A stretch of DNA of 64,000 nucleotides from Octopus bimaculoides. Its lineage: Eukaryota. The notes below the pieces were generated by a model. That model ran no database searches, was not told where the DNA came from, and was given only the letters and a program-made list of their open reading frames with translations. Positions 1-12,374 of the stretch are shown here, in pieces. The position numbers and the translations under genes were made by a program. The stretch covers positions 38,931,566-38,995,565 of the forward strand of contig NC_068993.1 of assembly GCF_001194135.2 (NCBI RefSeq), written 5' to 3'. The first letter of the stretch is position 1. Every line of letters begins with the position of its first letter.

Positions 1-145
1 AGTATATATATATATATATGGGTGTGTGTGTGTGTGTGTGTACACACATATGCATATTACCATCTAGCTAGCTACATAGATATACATATACACACGTCTC
101 TCATTACTTTTAAAGCAATCCCAGTACACACACGCTCACACACGC

Positions 146-185
<40 letters not shown>

Positions 186-1188
186 GCTCTCTCTCTCTCA
201 CGCTCTCTCTCTCTCTCTCTCTCGCTGTCTATCTCTCTCATTTTCTCACACAAACACACACACACGAGTTTGGAAAAACACGCGTGATGATCATGACTGG
301 AATGTATTCGATGACGGATCTACTCAGTAACAACCATACCGCCATTTGCATTTCAACGACGAGGCAAGGTTGTTTATTGTTTCAGTCGTGTTGTTGTTGT
401 TGTTGTTGCTGCTGCTGCCATTGTTGTCAGTGGTGTCGCTTTGTGGGTCCATGAGTCAGAAATAATAGCTAAATCCTTCTGAAATCACTCTCCAGTTTTC
501 AAATTCACGCTTCTAATCCCTCCAAATATTATCTAGAAATGATTATCTCCCTTGGCCAGCAGGAGACACACAACATATTTGAAATACTTAATGTCCTAAA
601 TACATTGATAAGTCTGCTCGTTCAAGTCTGATTTCTGACTACTAGTGTATGTATACGCAATAGTAACAACAGCACCAACAATAGTAATATCATCATCATC
701 ATCATCATCGTCGTCGTCGTCGTCAATAACAACAGCAACAACAACAACAACAGAAGCATCAGCAACACCGCCACCAACTGTAACAACGGCAACAATTAAA
801 TAACAAAAGACCACTGTTAGCAGTTTCTCTTTACAATAACCTAAATTAGGAAAAATAGAGAAAGTTATGCTTTGAACTGATTGCGTTGAATCGTAAATAA
901 AAACGATTTCTTTTAACCCGAAGGCAATTGTTGTAAAGGAAGGATAATATAATCAACTGAATTGAGTCTAATACATTTCTATACGTAGTTTATTGATCTC
1001 GAACGGATATAAGTTAAAATCAAAACTGGCGTTATTCGAATTCATAAATCGTAGTGGCTAAACTAAAAGCAGGATGTTTAAACAATAGGCTCTCTCTCTC
1101 TCTCTGTCTCTCTCTCTCTCGGTGTCTCTCTCTCTCTCTGTGTCTCTCTCTCTGTCTCTCTCTCTCTCTGTCTCTCTATCTCTCTCTG

Positions 1189-1220
<32 letters not shown>

Positions 1221-1925
1221 TCTCTGTCTCTCTCTGTCTCTGTCTCTCTCTCTTCCTTTCTTTTTTTACTATTCTCTCTCTTCTTTACTTCTCTCCTCTT
1301 CTCCTTTCCATTCATCTCCCTTTCTCTCATCATCGTTTTGATGAAGGATTTTGTTCGAAACGTTAAATTTCTTTTCTTGTCCACGATATAAAGCAAAACC
1401 CAATTGTTTGAATTATTCTTACTTACTATTTGCTCACCCGGCATCATTAAAAGTTCTTTAGAATTCTGCTGTTTTTGTAAATACATAATTTCTTCTTTGA
1501 AAGTTTGGTATGTTGAGTTGTCTCTAAAAGTAAGGAATTTAAACATCCAGAGCCATTTTTCATTGTCTAGATGTGAACCACATAGAAGAACACACTGCCA
1601 TTTTGGTAAAAAAAAACAAAAAAACAAAACAAAAGACTATCGAATGGAACAGAAAAATGGTTGACTTGCGGCCAAAATATAAAACATTTCAAAGTTTTCA
1701 TTTTTTAACGACGAGTAACAAACCGAAACATTAGATTTTTTTCATTTCATGTGACAATTAAAATGATCGATTCCTTCAAGAACCCTCTCATAAAGAAACT
1801 GTTGCCGACATAGATCATTGCCGGATTCCTTTACATACCTGATTTTATCCTAATTACAGGGTGACATTTAATCAGAGTGCTGCACCAGTTTCAGCTAGTG
1901 GACCGTTACAACATAAATAATTATT

Positions 1926-2322
1926 AAGGCGGCGAGCTGGCAGAACCGTTATCACGCCGGGCGAAATGCTTAGCGGTATTTCGTCTGCCACTGCGTTCTG
2001 AGTTCAAATTCCGCCGAGGTCGACTTTGCTTTCATCCTTTCGGGGTCGATAAATTAAGTACCAGTTACGCACTGGGGTCGATATAATCGACTTAATCCGT
2101 TTGTCTGTTCTTGTTTGTCCCCTCTGTGTGTAGCCCCTTGTGGGCAGTAAAGAAATAGGTATTTCGCCTGTTTTTACGTTCTGAGTTCAAATTTCCTCCG
2201 AAATCGACTTGGCCTTTCATCCTTTTGGAGACGATAAAATAAGTACCACCTGAACACTGGTATCAATATAATCGACATACCTGCTTCTCCGAAATTGCTG
2301 GCCTTGTGCCAAAAATTGAAAC
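1926..2322 (+). mobile_element. Dimeric tRNA-derived SINE (family A, core GGTCGACTTTGCCTTTCATCC..GGTCGATAAA..AAGTACCAG)
   Basis: Head AAGGCGGCGAGCTGGCAGAA..GTTAGCACGCCGGGCGAAATGCTTAGCGG and B-box-like GAGTTCAAATTCC; a second, 5'-truncated unit follows from ~2160 and ends GGCCTTGTGCCAAAAATTGAAAC. More than 25 related copies occur in the window. Confidence 0.9.
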
Positions 2323-2340
2323 TATTATTATTATTGTTGT

Positions 2341-2445
2341 TAAGGCGGCCCACCGGCAGAATCGTTAGCACATCGGGCAAAACGCTTAGCAGCAGTTTGT
2401 GCTTCTTTATGTTCGGAGTTCAAAATTTCAAGCCTTGTGCCTATA
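2341..2445 (+). mobile_element. SINE family A, internally deleted copy
   Basis: Head AAGGCGGCCCACCGGCAGAATCGTTAGCAC joined directly to tail GCCTTGTGCCTATAG; core absent. Confidence 0.7.
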
Positions 2446-3654
2446 GCAAAAAGGATTATTACTGTTGTTGTTAGTTTTGTTGGTGTTGGCATTGTTATGT
2501 TGGTGGTGTTGGCGTTGTTGTTGTTGGTGTTGTTATTCGTTTTGTTGATTTTCGTGGTGTTGTTAATGGTAATGGTGCTGTTGTTAGTATTGGTATTTTC
2601 GTTGTTGGCAATGATCTTGTTGTTAGCGTTGTTGGTTGGTGTTGATGTTGATATTATTGTTCGTTTAGTGGTAGTGTTTAACCCCAGACATGCCCTGATT
2701 GTGTAGATCTATGATCAAAGACATTATTATAGATACAAACATTCTATTCTCCAGCCTTTTTGTCTTTTTCAGGCATACTATATACCTCTGGCTACATTAT
2801 CTAATTTGTCCTTCATTTTAGACGGTGAAATTGTAGTCTAACGGAGATTTGACAACTATTTGTAGCAGGTCAAATGACTTCTTAGAGGTTCGTTCGTTGG
2901 CTCAATGAGAGAGAAATTGAGAAAAAGAGGGAGAGGGACAGTGAGTGAGAGTGGGAGAGAGAAAATGAGAGAGAGAGAGAGTGAGAACAGTCGACATTAC
3001 GCATAGTTCTACATGTTATTGTATGATTCAAATTAGAGTAAATAATAGATTTTGCAGCTTTCCAGCGTTTTCCATACTTTTTCTGGATTTTTTCTTCTGT
3101 TTTCGGTGAATGTTATAAATAAAGGTTTATAATAATTTGACGACTTCAAAGATCGATTAGGGATCCATTGTTAATTAAAAGAAAATTAATGCCGCTGGCG
3201 AAATAACCCGGTTACAGTCTCTTATTGTTATAGCTATTTGTTGCTGATGTTGTTGTGTGGCCTGATTAATCAGATCGACGATAAAAAGTGTTTCAGCCGT
3301 GACCACACCATCGACGATGCCTTCATTAACCGTCGCTTGGGTTGAGGACCGTCACCCAGAAGTTGAGAGCTGTTAGCGGTGTCCACCCTGTTGCGAGCAA
3401 TCGTGTAGTGCTTCTGGTTGAGGATAACAACCTCCCTCCTATCCAATCAGCATTAGGACCCTGAAAAACATCACGGATGCTACACTTTTTCTCCTGACTA
3501 AAAAAATTAAGCAAAAAAAGTATCCTTCTTTGGGTTGTGATTTCAAGGCCGATTTGGCTGCTATTTCTAACGTCAGACGACCATATAGTGGCTCTGTTGC
3601 GGACTCACTATTGTACATGACTACATATGAATATCATACCATTTAATTTCTATC

Positions 3655-4200
3655 CTATATAAATTGTTTGATTATATGCCCGATATTATTACAAACGTTA
3701 CAGGTAAGGATTAGGAATTTTATGAATGGCTCATGTGGGGGTTCTTCATTTATTGAATCAAGAACCAGCTGTAAAACAATTGCCCAATGATTCGCAGCTA
3801 AACATAAATCCTTTAATACAAAACTAATTGGTCGTAATAGAGTTCCATTTGTACGTTCACTCAAGCCATAATCTTGTGGTAAGTAAGTCGTTGTCGTGTT
3901 TATAACTCCATTGGTTATTAAGGATTGTCTTAATTTCTTGATCTTTATTAAGCACCATTATTTGTGTGGATATCGAGAATAGCCTTAATAAATGCGAAAT
4001 CACCGCATCAGTAAATGTATCTTTTACACGCGTTCACAAATGGGTATCTAGAGGGGTATACATCTACCATTCCAAAAAGACAGCAACTTGGTGCAATAAA
4101 ATTCCTGGAAATTAATAAATTAATGTGTAACTCTTGTATTACCAAGATGGCGAATATTCCTATGTAGGATTATTAAATCGTTTTGATTTCGTATCATAAG
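3655..4200 (-). mobile_element. Degenerate Gypsy/Ty3-type LTR-retrotransposon integrase fossil
   Basis: Manual minus-strand translation across frameshifts and stops gives motifs in canonical order: ILHRNIRHLGNTRVTH (HHCC zinc-finger half), GMVDVYPSRYPFVNAC (first catalytic D), DIHTNNGA (second D region), TTTYLPQDYGLSERTNGTLL (E motif, cf. TAYHPQxNGxxERxNxTL). No LTRs seen. Confidence 0.75.
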
Positions 4201-4560
4201 GAATTCTGCATCAGTAATTACCTTAAACTAGACGCTAAAAGATATAGAAAACCCTACCTGCCCAAGTTTTAACCCCACAACCTGGGGTATAGGTGTTTCA
4301 ACAAGAGTCTACTCTCTAGTAAGCATACAAGCTACGTCTCCGTTCTTAGGAAAAATTTCTCCAAGTTGTCTCGCAAGCTTGGAAAAAAAGTTAAGGTCAT
4401 TGTCCTACTAGCTCTGGTCAAGGCGCAAAAAATATTAGAAACTCCATCGAGTTATTTTGTCATTATTTACGGCATTTCATGCTTTTAAATTTCAAAATAA
4501 ATGCTAAATACTTTTGTCATGTTCAGCTTTTGAGAGTGCGCAAATAATAATTTTTTAATT

Positions 4561-4730
4561 TAGGCAGAAGGCTAGCAATTTTGGAAGGAGGGATAATTCA
4601 ATTATTTCGATTCCCAGGACTTTATTGTTTAATTGCATGGTGCTTTATTATCGAATTGACCCCAGGAAGTGAAGGATCGAGAACAAAGCTGACTTCGGCG
4701 AGATTTGAACTTAGAATGTAAAAGATTGTA
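4561..4730 (-). mobile_element. SINE family A, old diverged copy
   Basis: Reverse complement of tail/core (GCTAGCAATTTTGG..GACCCC..GCTGACTTCGGCGAGATTTGAACTTAG). Confidence 0.65.
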
Positions 4731-4788
4731 AATAAATGACTGTTGATACAATTATTACTTTCAGTTAAGAGATTTAAATTTATGACAC

Positions 4789-4793
<5 letters not shown>

Positions 4794-4883
<90 letters not shown>
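4794..4883. repeat. (GA)n microsatellite
   Basis: ~90 bp uninterrupted AG repeat. Confidence 0.98.
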
Positions 4884-4886
<3 letters not shown>

Positions 4887-5549
4887 TTTCACACACAGAG
4901 AAATGGTGGGTAATGGAGGAGGAGTGGGCAAAATTCAACAGCTACATGATAACCTAAGGAGTAACCCAAAGAAGCTTCACGAGCCGACGAGGCAACCTCA
5001 GTGAAATCTTTTGACCAGCTAGAAATAGCAGCCAATTCTCTCTTAATTATATCCTTTTGTCTTAAAGAATGAAAAACGAAAGGCAATTTAGGTGATGATG
5101 CACTACTAGATACACAATGCCTGAAAAATAAAATAAAATTGCCATTATTGGAATACTTTTGATCATAATTGGCCTAGGGCTAAACGTCAAGAATGGCAAA
5201 CATCGAAAAACCAATTTAATCTTTAAAGGCAGAAGACACTCAAGGTTTTGTCTTCTGCCTTTAAAGATCTTAACAGCAACTGGTGGAGGAAAAGATTTAT
5301 TTATATCTGCTGTTCACAAAACCGTATTTATTTTCTCATTTACAATATAAGTGGCCTTATCGACTTTATTGTATCTATTAATGGTAAAGAGAGAAATCCA
5401 GTGGTAAAAATCTAATGACGAAAGTAAGTTCATCACCGTCTTTAACTGTGTAGCATAATATACCAAAATGGATACTAAATAAGATTAACGGTCTTTTGCA
5501 TTTGTCTTATAAGACTCCTGTTGTGAAATTGTGTGTTGAAATAAATATT

Positions 5550-5760
5550 GGTTTCAAATTTTGGCACAAGGCCAGCAAGTCTGGGGCTGAGATAAGTCGA
5601 TTACACGGACCCCAGTACTCAACCGATATTTATTTTATCGACCCCGAAAGGATGAAAGGCAAAGTCGACCTCGGCGGAATTTGAACTCAGAATGCAAAGA
5701 CAGACGAAATGCTGCTTAGCATTTTACCCAGCATGCTAGCGACTCTGCCAGCTCACCGCT
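5550..5760 (-). mobile_element. SINE family A monomer
   Basis: Full reverse-complement copy from GGTTTCAAATTTTGGCACAAGG to CTGCCAGCTCACCGC. Confidence 0.9.
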
Positions 5761-6062
5761 TTTGTGTTGCAATAAATATTGTTGTATATTAGGCAGGTCA
5801 TACTGGTAATACAGACACATGCACTGATTGTACTTAATTTCAGTTTTATTATCAATTAATCAGATAATTAGTTAATTAACTGTGAACCTGATTAATTGAT
5901 TAAATTGTTTACCAAAATTCTTTCACCTTATCAGTAACAATGTCTCCATCTTTCGTCTTTTTCACACCATCATACACTTCTTGTACTTTGCAGTGTTTCT
6001 TGTTATCCTTTATCAGAATTTCGTTGTTATACATCCTATTTCTTTGTAGAAGTAAAGATACT

Positions 6063-6484
6063 CTACTCTGCTCTAGGTACAAGGCCCGAAATTTTGGTGG
6101 GAGGGGCCAGTCAATTAGATCGACACCAGTACGCAACTTGTGCTTAATTTATCGACCCTGAGAGGATGAAAGGCAAAGTCGACTTCGGCGGAATTTGAAC
6201 TTAGAACGTAAAGACAGACGCTAAGCATTTCGCCCGGCGTACTAACGTTTCTTATTTCTTTATTGCCCACAAGGGGCTAAACATAGAGGGGACAAACAAA
6301 GACAGACAAAAGGATTAAGTCGATTATATCGAACCCAGTGCGTAACTGGTACTTATTTAATCGACCCCGAAAGGATGAAAGGCAGAGTCGACCTCGGCGG
6401 AATTTGAACTGAAAACGTAAAGACAGTCGAAATACCGCTAAACATCTCGCTCGGCGTGCTAACGTTTCTGCCAGCTCACCGCCT
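6063..6484 (-). mobile_element. Dimeric SINE family A with candidate 16-bp TSD
   Basis: Same two-unit layout as 1926-2322; flanked by TAGAAGTAAAGATACT (6047-6062) and TAGAAGTAAACATATT (6485-6500). Confidence 0.88.
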
Positions 6485-7199
6485 TAGAAGTAAACATATT
6501 ATTTATAAAAAAGACAGACTACTCAAAGCTCGTAATTCTTGCCCTCCTCATTACAAATATATAAACGTAAATAAGAAGAGTTTAAATAAATTTAAAGATG
6601 TTTGCGACATTTAAGCTGCCCCAAATTCCGTAAAATCGAATTACGTACATAAATCTCGTCATTTTTCAATATCGTTTTTAAGTCAGGTAAAATGTTTAAG
6701 GGCTCAAACTTAATATGGTAATGGTTGGAATATGTTGGTTATCAGACAGATTCGTTCGATTTTTTTCTCTCATTTATTTTCATCCTCATATTTCCCTCAA
6801 GAATTTTAAGAAACCAATCAATAATACTTGGTTTGTAGATATTATTTCCTATTTGTTGTTATCTAGAAGTCAAAGAAAATGACTATTATTCCCTTCAAAC
6901 TTTGCTTTTGTGAACTGAACAACAATGTTTTAAAACTGACCAAATTTCCCATTACATTTCGGACAGATTCAGCACTGAGTTGCTGAAGCAGAAATATCGT
7001 TATGACAAATATTCTGCTCGGTACCACAGATTTACTTGTAGTTGCTTAATCTTAGCCTCTTCAGCAAGTTCCTTAGTGGCTGACAATATAGGCATATCTG
7101 ATAGTGAGCAGGAGTAGTAGAGGAGCATCATAGCCATGTATTGAGAGGGATTCTTTGGAGTTTAAATAAATGTAACGACAGCAAGGTTTGAATGAAGTA

Positions 7200-7420
7200 T
7201 AAGCCATAATGTTTGTCACCAATTCCACCAGTTTGTTACTACTTTTTGTCAATATTCCACCATCTTATCAATGCCTTGACAGTAGTAGTCACCGGGTCTT
7301 CTTGAGTACAATGACATTGGTAAGAAACGAGCGAATTTATCTGAGAACCCAATATTTGTTTATAGGTTCGAGGGGTCAGGACTGGACTGGAGCAAAACAA
7401 CAAGAAAAGCATTGGTTACC
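7200..7420 (-). mobile_element. Possible degenerate mariner-type transposase C-terminus
   Basis: Minus frame reads RRPGDYYCQGIDKMVEY*QKVVTN, similar to the mariner end motif FYxxGIxKLVERWQKVV; upstream YSPDL motif not convincingly present. Confidence 0.3.
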
Positions 7421-7883
7421 ACCGCACTTTTGGCAGTGCCGTTTTAAAAACTGGGTACACTTGGCAGGAGCTTCGTGGAGCTAGGGTCTCAGTTATGGCT
7501 TATGCAAGCTGTGACTTGCTGTCAATAAACACTGTGGGGCCAGCGCATTGATTTGCTCAGAGGCCTACAGTACTGTTTAGACCATCCTGCATTTTGGCAG
7601 GGGTCACAGACAAACTTTTGTGGATTTCTTCTATGAAATTCTGCCCGTTTTCATTTTTATTTTTGTTGTTGTAGTTTAACCCAGGGCTCTGAATGAGACG
7701 GCTTGTTGTCAAAAGTAATCTTTCCAGGACTCTCCAGTCTCGCTTCTGTGTCATGTCTAGGACAACACCATCTAATGTGTGTATTCTTATTTAGAATGCA
7801 GGGATGTGATATGAGGGAGATTCGTTTGCTATTTCTATGAGATTCAGCAACCACTTAGAGGCTCCATTGTGAGATCATGAAAA

Positions 7884-7889
<6 letters not shown>

Positions 7890-7938
<49 letters not shown>

Positions 7939-8050
7939 TGAGACAGAGTAAGAGAAAGAGAGATGATAAAACAATTGATGTTTGGCTCAGAACAAGAAGT
8001 GTATAAATAGTGAAGCAAATGGTGGGGAGGGGAGAAAAAGAGAGAGAGAG

Positions 8051-8112
<62 letters not shown>

Positions 8113-8420
8113 CAAGAAAGAGAGAGAAAGAAAGAGAGAGAAGGAAGGGTGTATGTAGGAAGAACGAAAGAGAGACAGAGAGAAAAAGGAAATTTATGTA
8201 GAGGGGAGTGTGTGTGATAGAGAGAGAGAGGGAATGTATACGAGACAGCGTGTATGCATATGAGACAGAGAAGCGTAGTGTTTGGAAGAGAGAGAGAGAG
8301 AGAGGAGTGTGTATAAGACAGTGAGATAGAGAGAGAGAGTGAGATAGGGAGAGAGTGAGATAGAGAGATCGAGAGAGAGAGAGAGAGAGAGAGTGGGATA
8401 GAGAGAGAGAGAGAGTGAAT
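7890..8420. repeat. Compound (GA)n/(GT)n low-complexity tract
   Basis: Direct inspection. Confidence 0.95.
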
Positions 8421-8944
8421 GAGAGACTGTGCAAGTGGAATTTTCTATTATTTCCAACGGACAATATGGTTTGTTTCCTAATATCTCATGTCAAGCAAAT
8501 AAATACTTGAAGTCGTTTATAGCTTTTATAACAGCCTCATCAGATATGTTCTGATATCGTTGTAGACGAAGAAGTTACAATGTTCGGTAGCAGCAGATTT
8601 AGAACGATGAAGTCTATACAGAACGGGGAATCAAATGGCTTTATAATGCATAACACTTTTACAGTCCAACACATTTATGGATTTTAAATCGTGTATACAC
8701 ACACATTACGGGTGTTCTAGTAATAAGATTTGTATATTTACCCAGAACTTTCAGTAGAACCTGTTAAATATCGGCGATTAAAGCGAAATATCTGGTGAAG
8801 TATTCGCCCTGCGAATAGTGAGGTCGTTATAATTATGGAACGCCGTTGCTAAACCTGTAACATAACTCAATGGCCAGTTGAGTTGGTGTTGCGTTCTATC
8901 TCTGACAGATCAGGTCTATCGAACACGTGAATGATCCTTTCTAC

Positions 8945-9368
8945 TATAGGCGCAAGACATGAATTTTTCTGCGGTGAGGACTAGTTGATTGCATCGATCC
9001 CGGTGCTCGACTGGTACCAATTTTAATGACCCCACGAAAGGATGAAAAGCAAAGCTAGCTTCGGTGGTATTTGAACTCAGAGCGTAAAGAAGAACGAAAT
9101 GCCGCTAAGCATTTCGCTCGGCGTGGTAACAATTCTGTCAGTTCTCTGCCTTAATCCTTTTTACTATTGGCACAAGGCCTGAAATTTTGAAAGAGGGCAC
9201 CAGTCGATTACATCGACCCCAGTGCTCAACTGGTACCTGTTTTAACGACCCTGAAGGGTTAAAAAGCAAAGTCGATCTCGGCAGGATTTGAACTCAGCAT
9301 GAAAAGAACAAATTACTTAGCAGTATATTGTACAGCGTGCTAAATATTCTGCCAACATGCTGCCTTTG
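8945..9368 (-). mobile_element. Two tandem SINE family A copies
   Basis: Two reverse-complement core matches (8945-9153, 9165-9368). Confidence 0.85.
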
Positions 9369-9513
9369 GAATACACGAATAATCAAAGCTATGTCTGCTG
9401 TGATCATGCCGTTTTTTAGACGCTGTCCTTTCCATTTTTAAGAATGTAGAACCTGATTTGAGTGAGATGTCATGATTATTTTTCTAACAATTCGGGTGAC
9501 CTCATAGAAATAC

Positions 9514-9653
9514 CCTCATTGATTTGTCATGTATCTGCAGTTTTATTGTATGAGTGAGTCGTTCCATGCCATACACTCTTTGAGTAGAACTGAACTTGTT
9601 ACTACAAGTTCGCAAATCTGCCATTATTTCCACACTGCAACCATTGATGCTAA
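9514..9653 (-). CDS. Candidate internal coding exon, product unknown
   Basis: Acceptor TCGTTTGCTTGCCTTGTCTCTATAG, 140 nt with a single open frame (phase 1 in, phase 0 out) reading SINGCSVEIMADLRTCSNKFSSTQRVYGMERLTHTIKLQIHDKSMR, weak donor AGG|GTATTT; non-repetitive sequence. Confidence 0.3.
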
Positions 9654-11209
9654 CTATAGAGACAAGGCAAGCAAACGAGTGTATTTCTCCAAGTTCACAC
9701 GCCATGCCCGAAAAAAAAAAGTAGCAGCCAACAGGCTTTCAAAATAGACCTGGCCATCTTAGCCAAAAATAAAAACGCTACCCTTAACAAGTAAGGATGA
9801 TCATGGCTTTACGACAACGTGACCTCACTGCAATTTCAGGCCGAATATCTCACCAAATATCCCACTTTAATTGTTGATATTTAAAGTTTACAGTAAATAT
9901 ACATAACTTGTTATTAAAGTACTCATAATGTGAGTGCACACAATTTAAAAGCCATAAATAGACTGAACTATAAAGCTGTTATGCATTATAAAGCCATATG
10001 ATTTGCCTTTCTATCAGGAAACTATATCGTCCACGTTAACTAGTTTTAGAACCTGGGGAAGAACCCAAATCACTTTAGCTCTTAGCCAAACACCACGCAG
10101 TGCCGGAAGCAGGAAATGATCGCCCCATCAACTTGTTGCTGTTGTTGTTTAGCTACAAATCAGCAATAATCGAACAGGCCTACGATCAAAGACGGTTGAG
10201 TGAATTTAGAGCTACAGTGTCTAATGTAGCCTTTCTTTTTTAGGTGGTAGGTCATATACTGAGACAGATTTATCTACAGTTTCTAGGAGATCGAGCGATC
10301 ACGTGAAAGAGAACTCATTCTGTGGTCTGTCGAGTGTGAGTTCGAGTCGAAATGGTTGTGGGTGATGTCCCATGATATTTTTAGTACAGCCTTCGAATCC
10401 AGTTAAGGTGAGTAAGGGAGTAGCACAACTTGATCATTTTATCTTCAGTAATTCCACGCTAATGTCGCCCAAAGGCCAAACGATGATGTAAAACCAGATA
10501 ACAGAATTTAGTCAACCAAACAGAAAGAGTTTCAGTCTGTCCAACGAGTCTCCACACAATTTCTGTCAACCCAGTTTCTCTAAGAAAATTCCTTCTCTCT
10601 CTGATATCACATTCCATTCCATTCTTCATTTGCATCTTGCAACCGGAGGGGATAACATTTCTCAGTTTTCTCTGATCTCAGACGGTAGGTTCTTTATATT
10701 CCTCACAGCAAATTAACTTACTGAACTGTTCTTGGAAAATAGTGTAAAATGAACAAAATAAAATGCGATGCGTTTGAAGGTGAGCCATACTGAGATAGAA
10801 CCTGAAGCCACGCAATAACACAACGAACGTCGTAACCACACAGCCGTAACCTAAACGTAATCTTTCATTCTTTTACAATGATATTTCTGATGATATTATA
10901 TTTGCTGGGATTGTTTCTTTTGTGTAACAATTTGGACAGATCAAAGCTAAAATGTAGACATTACTGCAGTTCGTTCACTGTTAAGAAGTAATACAAATAA
11001 GGAAAAAAAACAACAAAAAAAGAATACAAATGTGTAAAGCGACACTCAAAAATATAAACAAGTAAAAAATAGGAAGTACTAACTATGGCTTAATACGTAC
11101 ATATTTCACACACACACATCCATATATATATATATATACATATGTTGTATATTTATAAAAAAATGTTATTATACATATTCATGTCTTTGAAACACACAAA
11201 CGCACACCG

Positions 11210-11456
11210 AAACGTTCATGTGTATAATTTATTATTATTTTTTCTTTTTATACATATATTTTCCAATTTGGTGCTAAAGCTTGTCGGTCCGGTTTTTCAC
11301 TTTTTACGCCTTCTTTTTAACGGGTCACTGGTTAAAATATCTTCCGGCAAATTTGACGCTTTTCGTTTGGCGTATAGAATCTTATAATGCGAAGTTATTT
11401 CGTTGAATATGGTGCTAATATTCATTCTACGAAACGGATGTTACAATAACTGTCAC
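11210..11456 (-). other. Candidate terminal exon / 3'UTR
   Basis: Long polypyrimidine tract ending CTTTTCTTTCGCCAG at 11457, early stops in all three frames, AATAAA at 11228-11233 on the minus strand; lower boundary approximate. Confidence 0.25.
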
Positions 11457-11706
11457 CTGGCGAAAGAAAAGACGCAAAAAGCAAGAAAATAAAAAGAAAA
11501 GAAAAGAAAAGAAACAAGCCTACTTCTTTCTTCTCTCTCTTTCTTATCTGTTTTCTTCTTTTTTTCTTAATATTTTTTATATATAATATTTTTGTAGGCG
11601 GTATCATATCTAATTTGCAGCAAAACACCATCGCCCGTTTGTGAACATCAAAAATAGATAAAAATAAACTATATAAAATAAAGTAAATAACAATAATAAT
11701 AATAAC

Positions 11707-11761
<55 letters not shown>

Positions 11762-11830
11762 CAAATTTCTAGTATGTTGTTGATCGAACAGAATTAAGAT
11801 CAAAGGCATCCACGCAATGACCATCATGTC

Positions 11831-11864
<34 letters not shown>

Positions 11865-12164
11865 GTTATTAATGTTATTATTACTATTATTATTATTATT
11901 ATTTTCAAGAACACTATACACCGGACTGACATTATCTAATGTGTGCTTTTATTTACTTCTTTATTATTTTTCTTTTCTTTTGAAAGACGTTTGTGCGTGG
12001 TTTGGAGAACATTCGATTGCTATTTCTAGCAGATCTAGCGACCATTTCATAGAGCCTCACTCGTTTGCAGCCACCGTGATTCCAGACTTGGCCCCGATTT
12101 CCTGGAACCTCTGTAGGTCTTTCAGTATTTATATTCACGTCAAGCATTGATATTTAGTAAAACT

Positions 12165-12316
12165 AGGCGCAGGCATGGCTGTGTGATAAGAAACTCGGCT
12201 TTTCGCCCACATGGTTCCAAGTTCAATCCCAGTACGTGGTACATTGCACAAAGCCTCGAGCTGACCAAAGCTTTGTGAGTGGATTCGGTAGACGGAAACT
12301 TAAAGAAAACCGTCGC
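12165..12316 (+). mobile_element. CORE-like tRNA SINE (family B), 5' half
   Basis: AGGCGCAGGCATGGCTGTGTGATAAG head, then GACCAAAGCTTTGTGAGTGGATT..GTAGACGGAAACT, running into (TA)n. Confidence 0.8.
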
Positions 12317-12329
12317 ATTATATATATAT

Positions 12330-12374
<45 letters not shown>

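Noticed and set aside
22-1391. LSLSLS/ERERER/HTHTHT ORFs (also 7844-8464, 15703-17617, 28475-28881, 31432-32809, 50936-51965)
   Set aside because: Translations of (CT)n, (CA)n, (TA)n and tetranucleotide repeats
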